The translations under genes were made by a program, and so were the position numbers. Below, one piece after another: positions 8,080 through 18,016 of a stretch of 39,793 nt of DNA (positions are counted from its first letter, which is position 1; the number at the start of each line of letters is the position of its first letter). The DNA comes from Escherichia phage Ro45lw. The notes beneath the pieces were generated by a model, which saw only the letters and a program-made list of their open reading frames with translations, was not told the origin of the DNA and made no database searches. Location: the sequence record NC_048136.1. One strand, given 5' to 3'.

Positions 8080-8778
8080 ATGGCTAAAGAGCAACTGAAG
8101 ACTTTCACCACTCCGGTAGCTGGTATCGTTGAGCCTTACGCATGGCTGAACAAAGCAGACACCAAGTTTAACGAGCGTGGTGAGCACAAGGTTAACCTGA
8201 CTTTCAGTCTGGATGACCCGAAGGTCCGTAAGATGATTGACGTCTTACAGAAGATTCACGACGATGCGTATGCGAAAGCACTCGCAGACCACGAGAAGAA
8301 CCCACCTCAGGTTCAGCGTGGCAAGAAGCCTATCGAACCGCGCGAAGGCGACATGCCGTGGATTGAGAACGGTGATGGCACTGTCACCCTGAAGTTTAAA
8401 TGCTTTGCGTCTTACCTGAAAGACGGCAAGTCCGAGCCTATCGTATTACGGTTCTACGACACCGATGCTAAACTCATCCGTGACGTCCCAAATATTGGCA
8501 CCGGGTCTAAGCTGAAAGTCAAGTTCAAAGTCCTGCCCTTCAAGTGGAACGCTGCGACTGGTGCGAGCGTTAAACTGCAACTCGAATCTGTGCTGCTGGT
8601 CGAACTCAAAGAGTGGTCCGGCGACGGCACTGGTGGTGATGGTGGCTGGGGTGATGACGAAGACATCGGGTCTGGTGGCTACAAGGCTTCGACCGATGGC
8701 GACTTCGGGTCTGACGACTTCGGCGGTGATGCTGATGGTCAGGACTCTGCGTCCGATGCTGGTGACTACGACTTCTAA
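8080..8778 (+). CDS. 2.5: Single-stranded DNA-binding protein
   Basis: Aligns with T7 gp2.5 (EPYAW, RGKKP, GDMPW, SVKLQLESVLLVEL) and has the acidic C-terminal tail ending in F. Confidence 0.9.
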   Translation: MAKEQLKTFTTPVAGIVEPYAWLNKADTKFNERGEHKVNLTFSLDDPKVRKMIDVLQKIHDDAYAKALADHEKNPPQVQRGKKPIEPREGDMPWIENGDGTVTLKFKCFASYLKDGKSEPIVLRFYDTDAKLIRDVPNIGTGSKLKVKFKVLPFKWNAATGASVKLQLESVLLVELKEWSGDGTGGDGGWGDDEDIGSGGYKASTDGDFGSDDFGGDADGQDSASDAGDYDF

Positions 8779-8780
8779 TC

Positions 8781-9233
8781 GTGGCTGCATGGACACCAAA
8801 ACGGGGGCACTCTGTGGGTGCCTACCGCTCTGGACTTGAGGCCAAGAACCAGCAGTGGCTGGAGCAGAACGGCGTCAAAGCGGAGTACGAAAGCCATTAT
8901 ATCAACTATGTGATTCCGGCTTCCGACCACAAGTACACACCAGACTTCATCCTTCCGAACGGAATCATCGTCGAGACCAAAGGTATCTTCGACAGTGAGG
9001 ACCGCAAGAAGCATATGCTGGTACGCGAGCAGCACCCTGAGCTGGACATCCGGTTCGTGTTCTCGTCCTCCCGCTCCAAGCTGTACAAAGGGTCCCCGAC
9101 CACGTATGGCGCATGGTGCGAAAAGAACGGCTTTAAGTTTGCCGACAAGTTTATCCCGGTTGAGTGGCTGAAAGAGGCGACTGTGCGTCTGCCTTCTGGT
9201 ATCCTCATCCCGAAGAAAGGAGTTAAGAAATGA
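8781..9233 (+). CDS. 3: Endonuclease I (Holliday junction resolvase)
   Basis: YVIPASDHKYTPDF, VETKG, DRKKHMLVREQHPELDIRFVFSSSRSKLYKGSP match T7 gp3; GTG start coupled to the SSB stop. Confidence 0.9.
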   Translation: MAAWTPKRGHSVGAYRSGLEAKNQQWLEQNGVKAEYESHYINYVIPASDHKYTPDFILPNGIIVETKGIFDSEDRKKHMLVREQHPELDIRFVFSSSRSKLYKGSPTTYGAWCEKNGFKFADKFIPVEWLKEATVRLPSGILIPKKGVKK

Positions 9234-9460
9234 CCGCATTCAAAGAAGTTCAGATTGTGCGAGAGCGTCTGACTATCGACAAGATTCCGGTGGGCTATGC
9301 GTTCATCGTGCATGGTCGCCCGGACGAAGTGTATGTGAAGATTAGCAACTCGCACGTCTTCAACCATAAGCGACTCCAGATGCACACGACCGTGAGCGAG
9401 CGCTTTAAGTCTCACCTGAACCTCGTCATCGTCGAGCTGGTGGTGTACAATGGCAAGTAA
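9230..9460 (+). CDS. Hypothetical protein, 76 aa
   Basis: ATGA overlap with the gene 3 stop; not present at this position in T7. Confidence 0.5.
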   Translation: MTAFKEVQIVRERLTIDKIPVGYAFIVHGRPDEVYVKISNSHVFNHKRLQMHTTVSERFKSHLNLVIVELVVYNGK

Positions 9461-9908
9461 GGTACAGTTTAAACCACGCAGTCGAACAGACGCAATCTTC
9501 GTACACTGTTCAGCGACCCAACCGTCTCAGGACATCGGCGTAGACACGATTCGCATGTGGCACAAGCAGCAGGGCTGGCTTGACGTTGGCTACCACTTCG
9601 TCATCACGCGTGATGGCACCGTGGAGTCTGGACGTCCGGTCGATGTAGTAGGGTCACACGTTAAGGATTGGAACTCCCGGTCCGTAGGCGTCTGCCTTGT
9701 AGGTGGAATTGACGCTAAGGGCAAGTTTGAAGCTAACTTCACTCCTGCTCAGATGAACGCCCTACGCAACAAGCTGGATGAGCTGAAGGCTCTGTATCCC
9801 AATGCAGACATCAAGGCTCACCACGATGTAGCACCGAAGGCTTGCCCCAGCTTTGACTTGCAGCGCTGGCTGAAAACTAACGAAATGGTCACTTCCGACC
9901 GAGGCTAA
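9450..9908 (+). CDS. 3.5: N-acetylmuramoyl-L-alanine amidase (T7 lysozyme-type)
   Basis: Near-identical stretches to T7 gp3.5 (DAIFVHCSAT, QGWLDVGYHF, GVCLVGGID, HHDVAPKACPSFDL, TSDRG). Confidence 0.95.
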   Translation: MASKVQFKPRSRTDAIFVHCSATQPSQDIGVDTIRMWHKQQGWLDVGYHFVITRDGTVESGRPVDVVGSHVKDWNSRSVGVCLVGGIDAKGKFEANFTPAQMNALRNKLDELKALYPNADIKAHHDVAPKACPSFDLQRWLKTNEMVTSDRG

Positions 9909-9921
9909 CAAGGAGTAAATC

Positions 9922-10134
9922 ATGATTAAGTTTATCGAATTTCTGGGTCGTCTGGTTGTGCGTGGCTATTCTCGTGCTGCGAGTGTGGAACGAGCAGTCT
10001 CTACCAAAGCGGCGAAAGGTTCTGCGGAAGCTCAGGAGCTGGCTGACCGCCTGATGGTAACTAGCTTTGATGCGGCCCAACGCGCCAACGGTCTGGACAA
10101 GAAGGCCGAGCAGCTTAAAGGCTTCTTCAACTAA
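9922..10134 (+). CDS. Hypothetical protein, 70 aa
   Basis: RBS AAGGAG 8 nt upstream of ATG. Confidence 0.5.
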   Translation: MIKFIEFLGRLVVRGYSRAASVERAVSTKAAKGSAEAQELADRLMVTSFDAAQRANGLDKKAEQLKGFFN

Positions 10135-10154
10135 ACTATCACCTAAGGGATGAG
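10132..10154 (+). promoter_or_regulatory. Degenerate phage-promoter-like element (CACCTAAGGG)
   Basis: CTAAACTATCACCTAAGGGA matches the upstream half of the consensus, core altered; followed by hairpin GGGATGAGAC/GTCTTGTCCC at 10147-10171. Confidence 0.35.
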
Positions 10155-10199
10155 ACCATGAGTCTTGTCCCTTTGTTCGCATTATTGACTAAGGAGTGA

Positions 10200-11903
<1,704 letters not shown>

Positions 11904-11919
11904 TCTGTAAGGAGAAGCA

Positions 11920-12450
11920 ATGCGTAATCTCATAAGCGGCAAGACCCTCATTGAGTTCCAGAATCAGCTTGGCCCTAAGGAGGGCCTTAGCGTCTTCACT
12001 ACCCGTTGCACCGGGAGAACTAAGGGCCGCGCACTACTGGTCATCTCCACGGTCATGGCCCAAGGTTCTATGGACATCGGGCCTCTGCGTGGTAATCTAG
12101 GTGACGATGAGGTCAATCAGACCAAGGTGGAAATCATCAAGTCCCTTGACCAGATGCAGCTCGTGGGCTTCTCGTGGTCTGGTGACGTCCTGTCTTACTA
12201 TCCATTTGAGGAGTATCAAGATGTTAAAGAAGTGGTCCGAGAAGTTGAGGTCCAAGTATCACCTTTCGCTGGCGAAGTGGTATCACCACGAAGCTACCGT
12301 GTTGTCGAACATTCTGAAGGACCAGCGCTTCCAGTCGATAGCTTGGAACAAAGCTACCCAGAAGTGCGCGTATCATCTGGCGAGAGTCCTGTAGTCCCGA
12401 TGGAGGTCATCGAACCTCTGGTCCCGGACATGACGCCTCCGAACGCTTAA
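11920..12450 (+). CDS. Hypothetical protein, 176 aa (gene 4.3-4.7 region)
   Basis: Strong RBS AAGGAG before ATG; acidic and proline-rich C-terminus; no recognisable domain. Confidence 0.5.
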   Translation: MRNLISGKTLIEFQNQLGPKEGLSVFTTRCTGRTKGRALLVISTVMAQGSMDIGPLRGNLGDDEVNQTKVEIIKSLDQMQLVGFSWSGDVLSYYPFEEYQDVKEVVREVEVQVSPFAGEVVSPRSYRVVEHSEGPALPVDSLEQSYPEVRVSSGESPVVPMEVIEPLVPDMTPPNA

Positions 12451-12467
12451 CTATCACTGTAGGATAG
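12445..12467 (+). promoter_or_regulatory. Phage-RNAP promoter upstream of DNA polymerase, variant CACTGTAGG
   Basis: GCTTAACTATCACTGTAGGATAG. Confidence 0.65.
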
Positions 12468-12504
12468 ACTCAAGGTCATTCACATCGAGTGGCCTTTATG
12501 ATTA
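12465..12504 (+). promoter_or_regulatory. RNase III-type processing hairpin
   Basis: TAGACTCAAGGTCATTC...TGGCCTTTATGATTA, same motif as 5504 and 36121. Confidence 0.5.
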
Positions 12505-12522
12505 GACTATAGGAGATTAACC

Positions 12523-14538
12523 ATGATTGACTTACAGAACATCTGGGGTTCGGACATCGAGACCAACGGTCTCCTTGACACCGTGTCCCAGTTCCACTGT
12601 GGGGTCCTGATTAACGCCGAGTCGAACGAGACCCTGAAGTATGGGGTGGTGCCGATGGTCGGTATCGTCGGTGGCTTTAAAGAGTATGTGGAGAAGGTCG
12701 AGCAGATTGCAGCGACTCCGCATGGACTGCTGGTCTTCCACAACGGTATTAACTATGACGTTCCAGCGATTGACATCCTGAAGCGTAAATACTTTGGGAA
12801 GCGTTTCAACTTTCCGAAGCAGAAGATGATAGACACGCTGGTCATGGGACGCCTGATGTATCCGAACATTAAGTTCTCGGACATTGGGGCTGTGAAAGCT
12901 GGTCGTCTTCCTCCGAAGATGATGGGCCGACAGTCGCTTGAAGCGTGGGGATACCGTCTCGGTGAGATGAAGGGCGAGTACAAGACCGATTACATTGCCA
13001 AGTGCAAGGCCGAGGGTATCGAATATAAAGCTGGGGACGAATGGTTGTTCCCTAGCCAAGAGATGCTGGACTATAACGTCCAAGACGTTGTGGTCACTCT
13101 GGCCTTGTTCAAGAGGTTCCTGACCGACAAGTTCTACTTCGGGACACCTGAAGCCGGACTTGAGGCTGTGTACGCGTTGCGTCTTGAACACGATGCTGCA
13201 TGGGCCTGTGCGAAGATGGAGCGCAACGGCTACCCGATGAACTCGGAGATAGTCGAAGGCTTGTATCGTGAGCTGTCTATTAAACGAGCTGAGCTGCTGG
13301 ACAAGCTGCGTTCGACCTTTGGTAGCTGGTATGCGCCGAAGGGTGGCAAGGAGTTCTTCAGACATCCGAGGACTGGAGTTGACCTGCCGAAGTACCCGCG
13401 AGTCGTGTACCCGAAGGTCGGGGCCATCTTCAAGAAGCCGAAGAACAAAGCACAGCGCTTAGGTCTTGAGCCTTGTGAGCGAGACTCCCGTGATACTATG
13501 GAAGGCGCACCGTTCACACCGATTACATTCGTTGAGTTTAATCCGGGTTCCGGGGACCACTTAGCGAGGGTGCTGATGGAACGCGGATGGGAGCCTGTGG
13601 ACTTCACGGAGACCGGGAAACCTGTAGTCGATGACGAGGCGCTGGAGAACGTCCATCTGGCAGACCCAGACGCTCAGGCTTGCGTAGAGCTGGTCCGAGA
13701 GTATCTGGTAGTCCAGAAGCGTATCGGTCAGGCGGCTGAAGGCAAGAACGCATGGCTGAAGCTCGTGGGTCCTGACGGAAGGATGCACGGGTCGATTAAT
13801 CCTTGTGGTGCTGTGACTGGACGTGCGACCCATAGTTCACCAAACATGGCTCAGGTCCCAGCTAACGGTGCCCCATACGGTGAGACTTGCCGTGGTGCTT
13901 TCGGTGCAGCGTGGAACAAGACTGACGGTAAGCCAGACCCTTGGATTCAAGTTGGTGTGGATGCTTCGGGTCTTGAGCTTCGTTGTCTGGGGAACCGTGC
14001 GTCCCCGTTCGATGGTGGTGAATATGCGAAGACTGTGGTCGAGGGAGACATCCACTGGGCTAATGCGGTCAACGCCGGGTTAGCACCTAACGTCCCACGC
14101 GACAAGTCCAGCCACGACCACGATGCTTTCCGTAACAACGCCAAGACGTTCATCTATGCGTTCCTGTATGGTGCAGGGGCCTCGAAGATTGGACTGATAG
14201 TCGGCGGTGGTAAGAAGGAAGGTTCGGCCCTGATGAAGAAATTCATTGAGGGTACGCCAGCTATCAAGGACCTGCGAGAGGCTGTGCAGAACACGCTAAT
14301 CTCCGAGTCCAAGTGGGTAGACGGTGAGAACATTGTGAAGTGGAAACGTCGCTGGCTGAAAGGTCTGGACGGTCGACGCATTCACATCCGGTCGCCACAC
14401 TCAGCACTTAACGCCTTGCTTCAGGGTGATGGTGCGGTTGTCTGTAAGCACTGGATTGTCGAGACCGAGCGTATGCTCGAAGAGGCCGGGTATGTCCACG
14501 GCTGGGATGGAGACTTTGCGTACATGGCATGGGTGCAT
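12523..14538 (+). CDS. 5: DNA polymerase, exon 1 (codons 1-672)
   Basis: Collinear with T7 gp5 (IETNGL, exonuclease motifs, thioredoxin-binding region, KTFIYAFLYGAG, HGWDGDFAYMAWVH); the reading frame hits TAA right after WVH although T7 continues. Confidence 0.9.
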
Positions 14539-15136
14539 TAACATCATGGTGCACATTAAATCTGGTGAACTCGGTGAACTCCTAATGGGACAATACCGAG
14601 CCAAGCCATAGGGAGGATGTATGAGAGGCAAGAAGTTAATTCTTGAGGCCACTGAGACTGGCTGCATAATCCCTACGTCACATAAATTGAATCAGGATGG
14701 ATACTTCCGAAAGAGGACTAACGGTGTCCTTGAGATGTATCATAGAACTGTATGGATTAAAGCTAATGGTCCAATACCTGACGGTTTCGAAGTAGACCAC
14801 AAGTGTCGTAATAGAGCTTGTTGCAACGTCGAACATCTACAAGTATTAGACCGGGACTCACACTTAGTCAAGACCAACCAAGAGCGATACGCTGCTAGGA
14901 AGCTAGAAGCACGAGACTACTGGGTAGAGACTGGGTGTACTGGAACGAAGTTAGCCGAAGTATTCAATGTGTCGTTCTCAGCCGCCTGTGGGTGGATTAG
15001 AGAGTGGAAGGCGTAGAGACTATCCGAAAGGAGTAGGGCCGTGGGTGAGATTCCCACGTAACCCGAAGCGCCAGACAGTCACCTCAAAGACTGATGATAT
15101 AGTCCGACACTTCCAGTAATGGGAGAATACAGAAAG
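14539..15136 (+). mobile_element. Putative group I intron (598 nt) carrying an HNH homing endonuclease gene
   Basis: Separates two segments that together encode an intact T7-like DNA polymerase; 5' exon ends in T, insert ends in G; P1 candidate 14533-14538/14549-14554; R-like AGAGACTA (15013-15020) and S-like GATATAGTCCGAC (15097-15109). Confidence 0.75.
14621..15016 (+). CDS. Intron-encoded HNH homing endonuclease, 131 aa
   Basis: RBS GGGAGG; HNH-type motif GPIPDGFEVDHKCRNRACCNVEHL; AGA/AGG/ATA-rich codon usage unlike neighbouring genes. Confidence 0.8.
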   Translation: MRGKKLILEATETGCIIPTSHKLNQDGYFRKRTNGVLEMYHRTVWIKANGPIPDGFEVDHKCRNRACCNVEHLQVLDRDSHLVKTNQERYAARKLEARDYWVETGCTGTKLAEVFNVSFSAACGWIREWKA

Positions 15137-15292
15137 GATGAGTTACAGATTGCTTGTCGTACTCAAGAAATAGCAGAACGTACAGTAGAAATTGCTCAAC
15201 TTGCTATGCGTAAGGTTGGTGAGTTCTATAACTTTAAATGTGTCCTTGATACCGAAGGTAAGATTGGACCAACTTGGAAGGAGTGTCACTAA
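15137..15292 (+). CDS. 5: DNA polymerase, exon 2 (C-terminal 51 aa)
   Basis: DELQIACRTQEIA...FKCVLDTEGKIGPTWKECH aligns with the T7 gp5 C-terminus DEIQVGCRTEEIA...FRCLLDTEGKMGPNWAICH. Confidence 0.8.
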   Translation, partial: DELQIACRTQEIAERTVEIAQLAMRKVGEFYNFKCVLDTEGKIGPTWKECH

Positions 15293-15582
15293 TGGCTATG
15301 ACCAAACGTATGCGAGTTTCATTCTCGCTGGGTGCTGTACTGTCTACTGAAGACGTTGAGCACTTCAAGAAGTCTCTCTGTGATTTGAGCCGTAAGGTTC
15401 TCAATGGTGAGAAGACCACTGGCTTCGAGCGTAAGATGGTCGAGGTAGGCGCTACAGAGGGTCTGGAAGCTGTAGTCGAGCTGGTCTTCAAGAAAGGTAT
15501 CGTCGATGGTCTGAAAGAGGACCTGAGCCACTACGCCGACCAACCGTCCTTCGGTGACTTCCGAGTGGAGTTCAAACGATGA
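15292..15582 (+). CDS. 5.5: gp5.5-like protein (H-NS-binding in T7)
   Basis: MAMTK... start and overall similarity to T7 gp5.5; ATG overlaps the polymerase stop. Confidence 0.75.
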   Translation: MAMTKRMRVSFSLGAVLSTEDVEHFKKSLCDLSRKVLNGEKTTGFERKMVEVGATEGLEAVVELVFKKGIVDGLKEDLSHYADQPSFGDFRVEFKR

Positions 15583-15788
15583 GCGAATACTTACGGGTCC
15601 TTGCGGCCCTCAAGTCCTGCCCGAAGACCTTTCAGTCAAACTATGTGCGCAACAACGCTGCACTGGTGGCTGAGGCTGCGAGTCGTGGACATCTGAGCTG
15701 TCTGTCTATGGATGGGCGTAACAACGGTGCGTGGGAGATTACCGCTGCTGGCACCAAGTTCCTGAACCAACATGGAGGCTGTCTATGA
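15579..15788 (+). CDS. 5.7: gp5.7-like protein
   Basis: LKSCPKTFQSNYVRNNAALVAEAASRGHLSCL...GGAWEITAAG is nearly identical to T7 gp5.7. Confidence 0.85.
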   Translation: MSEYLRVLAALKSCPKTFQSNYVRNNAALVAEAASRGHLSCLSMDGRNNGAWEITAAGTKFLNQHGGCL

Positions 15789-16651
15789 GTGAGAAGAAGA
15801 TTGCTCTGGTGCTGGATGGTGATTACCTAGTGTTCTCATCTATGGCTGCGGCTGAGGATGAGACCGATTGGGGTGATGATATTTATACTCTGATTTGTGA
15901 CCACGCCAAGGCCCGGCGCATCCTTGAGAGCACCATCGCCGAAATCGTTAAGAAGCGTAAGGCGTGGAAAGACGCTAAGATTGTGATGTGCTTCACCGAT
16001 GACGCCAACTGGCGCAAGGACGTCCTGCCTACCTATAAGGCCAACCGTAAAGGTTCTCGCAAGCCTGTAGGGTACAAGAAGTTCGTAGCCGAAGTGATGT
16101 CTGACCCACGGTTCAACAGCTTCCTTCGTCCTACGCTTGAGGGTGATGACTGTATGGGTATCATCGGGACCCGACCTCAGATTGTAGGATGTGACCATGC
16201 GGTGCTGGTGTCCTGTGACAAGGACTTCAAGACTATCCCGAACTGTGAGTTCTTCTGGTTAACCACTGGTGAAATCCTGAGTCATACGACTGCCGAGGCA
16301 GACTACTGGCACATGGAGCAAACCATCAAGGGTGACACTACAGATGGCTACGGTGGCATTCCGGGGATGGGTGAGGATACCACGCGTGCGTTCCTTGACG
16401 AGCCGTACTACTTCGTGCAGGAGAGCCGTGAGCTTAAGACTGGTAAGAACAAAGGCCAGATTAAGACTGAGTGGAAGAAGTATCCTAAGCGTGAAGACAT
16501 GACGCTGTGGGACTGCATGGTGACTCTGGCTGCTAAAGCCGGGATGACCGAACAGGAACTACTGGTCCAAGCTCAGGTCGCTCGCATCTGCCGGGCATCT
16601 GACTACGACCCCAAGTCCAAGGAGGTCATTCTGTGGACACCCTCCATGTAG
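15785..16651 (+). CDS. 6: 5'-3' exonuclease
   Basis: CDHAKAR, NWRKDVLPTYKANRK, CDKDFKTIPNCEFFW, TIKGDTTDGY, TLWDC, AKAGMTE match T7 gp6; ATG 15785 with RBS GGAGG. Confidence 0.9.
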   Translation: MSEKKIALVLDGDYLVFSSMAAAEDETDWGDDIYTLICDHAKARRILESTIAEIVKKRKAWKDAKIVMCFTDDANWRKDVLPTYKANRKGSRKPVGYKKFVAEVMSDPRFNSFLRPTLEGDDCMGIIGTRPQIVGCDHAVLVSCDKDFKTIPNCEFFWLTTGEILSHTTAEADYWHMEQTIKGDTTDGYGGIPGMGEDTTRAFLDEPYYFVQESRELKTGKNKGQIKTEWKKYPKREDMTLWDCMVTLAAKAGMTEQELLVQAQVARICRASDYDPKSKEVILWTPSM

Positions 16652-16774
16652 TGTATTGGGCCGGACTTCTGGCCCTTTACTTGCTGTACACGTTCAGCGG
16701 GACAAACCGTCCTAAGCATTGAGTCTAACCGATAGTCATAACCTATCGTTCTGCTGGCCATCTATAGGTGAAAC

Positions 16775-16797
16775 ACTAAACTATCACTATAGGGACT
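16775..16797 (+). promoter_or_regulatory. Phage-RNAP promoter (phi6.5-like)
   Basis: CACTAAACTATCACTATAGGGACT, consensus. Confidence 0.8.
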
Positions 16798-16859
16798 TTA
16801 GGACCTAAGTTATGACTATAAGATAAACTTAAGTTAATACTTTAAGAGGAGACTTTAAG

Positions 16860-17132
16860 ATGGGCCTGAAAGCCATTGATGATATTGTTAATCAGCAACT
16901 CGACGAGAGACTTAAGGTCCCTGCGTTCTCCGAGTCCGCTATCCAATTCCTTCACGTTCTGTTCAATGAGCGGTATGTATCCCGTTGTGGGACAATCCGT
17001 GACCTGAAGGCTGCTGGCTACAGTGATGCCTATATTGCTGGGTTCATCGCTGGTCTGGGCTATGCCTCGGAGTCTGTGGACTCTGCGCTGGCTAAGCGTC
17101 AGAACCTGAAGGACAACATTCAGTTCGACTAA
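16860..17132 (+). CDS. Hypothetical protein, 90 aa (gene 6.5 position)
   Basis: RBS AAGAGGAG; first gene after the phi6.5-like promoter. Confidence 0.6.
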   Translation: MGLKAIDDIVNQQLDERLKVPAFSESAIQFLHVLFNERYVSRCGTIRDLKAAGYSDAYIAGFIAGLGYASESVDSALAKRQNLKDNIQFD

Positions 17133-17141
17133 GGAGGGACT

Positions 17142-17366
17142 ATGTGTTTCAGCCCGAAGATTAGCACTCCGAAGCCATCGACTGCTGCACCTGAGCCTGC
17201 ACCTCTGAGCGAGGAAGTAGCCAGTGTCGACATCGGGGCTGAGGCTGACGCAGACACCAAGGAGACCAAAGGTATTTCAGACCTGAAAGTCAAGAAGGAG
17301 TCTGCACCGAAAGATAAATCGTCCGTGAGCCGTGCTATGCGAGCTTCCGGCGTGAACATGGGGTAA
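17142..17366 (+). CDS. 6.7: gp6.7-like virion protein
   Basis: N-terminus MCFSPKI and EPAPL as in T7 gp6.7; RBS AAGGAGG. Confidence 0.8.
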   Translation: MCFSPKISTPKPSTAAPEPAPLSEEVASVDIGAEADADTKETKGISDLKVKKESAPKDKSSVSRAMRASGVNMG

Positions 17367-17370
17367 GACT

Positions 17371-17772
17371 ATGCTCCACTACCGAAACTCAAGCGATGGT
17401 CGCCTAATGGCTGCTTATCGCCTCTGGGAAGACGGACAGTCTGACTTCGCCTCCTTCTCCGAGTTCAAGCAGCATACCTTCCGTATGGCTGATGAGCTTG
17501 AGGGCGAGGAGTACACAATCTACGATGATGAGTGTAAGCCTGTGGCCTACCTCTACATGCTGGCTTCATCGTCTTGGCACCGAAAGACTCCCGGTCTTGA
17601 CCTTTCCATTCTCGCTATCCGTAGTGACTCGCAGTCCTCCCGCAAGGTTCTTGAGACTGTCAGACACATTATTGACGGAGAGTGCAGACGATGGGGTCTG
17701 AACTGGTGGTCCCGTGTCAAGCACAATGGGCCAGTAGACATCGTTACAACCAAGGAGATTAACCGTGGGTAA
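17371..17772 (+). CDS. 7: gp7-like protein (host range / virion assembly)
   Basis: 133 aa; VAYLYMLA...WxSRxKHxG pattern similar to T7 gp7. Confidence 0.65.
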   Translation: MLHYRNSSDGRLMAAYRLWEDGQSDFASFSEFKQHTFRMADELEGEEYTIYDDECKPVAYLYMLASSSWHRKTPGLDLSILAIRSDSQSSRKVLETVRHIIDGECRRWGLNWWSRVKHNGPVDIVTTKEINRG

Positions 17773-18016
17773 ATCCATTAGTAAAGCCTTTAAGAAAGTA
17801 GTAGGTGGTGCTCTGAACACCGTAGGTCTGGGACAATCAGCCCCTCAGCCTAAAGCTCAGGACGCTCAGGTAGCTGCTGCTCCGGTAGAAGTGCCTCAGG
17901 ACCAAGTGACTGACGTTGAGACTGATGTGACCGAGACCGATAAGAAGAAGGTCAAGTCAACTGGTAAGCGTGGACTTCAAGTCTCTCGTACCTCTGGTGG
18001 AGGCATCTCTATATGA
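17765..18016 (+). CDS. 7.3: gp7.3-like tail/host-range protein
   Basis: C-terminus GKRGLQVSRTSGGGISI matches T7 gp7.3 (SLSVARSSGGGINI); GTG start with RBS AAGGAG 8 nt upstream. Confidence 0.8.
   Translation: MGKSISKAFKKVVGGALNTVGLGQSAPQPKAQDAQVAAAPVEVPQDQVTDVETDVTETDKKKVKSTGKRGLQVSRTSGGGISI

Noticed and set aside
12532-13365. 277-aa minus-strand ORF inside the DNA polymerase gene
   Set aside because: Antisense to conserved polymerase coding sequence; long antisense ORFs are expected by chance at this GC content
12523-14541. DNA polymerase as a C-terminally truncated pseudogene
   Set aside because: The missing conserved C-terminus is encoded intact at 15137-15292 and the intervening sequence has group I intron hallmarks, so a split functional gene is more likely
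14426-14611. 61-aa ORF spanning the exon 1 / intron boundary
   Set aside because: Out of frame with the polymerase, overlaps the predicted P1 region, no RBS; likely spurious
16755-16772. Second promoter-like sequence CCATCTATAGGTG just upstream of the phi6.5-like promoter
   Set aside because: Matches only the TATAGG core and lacks the conserved AACTATCAC upstream half
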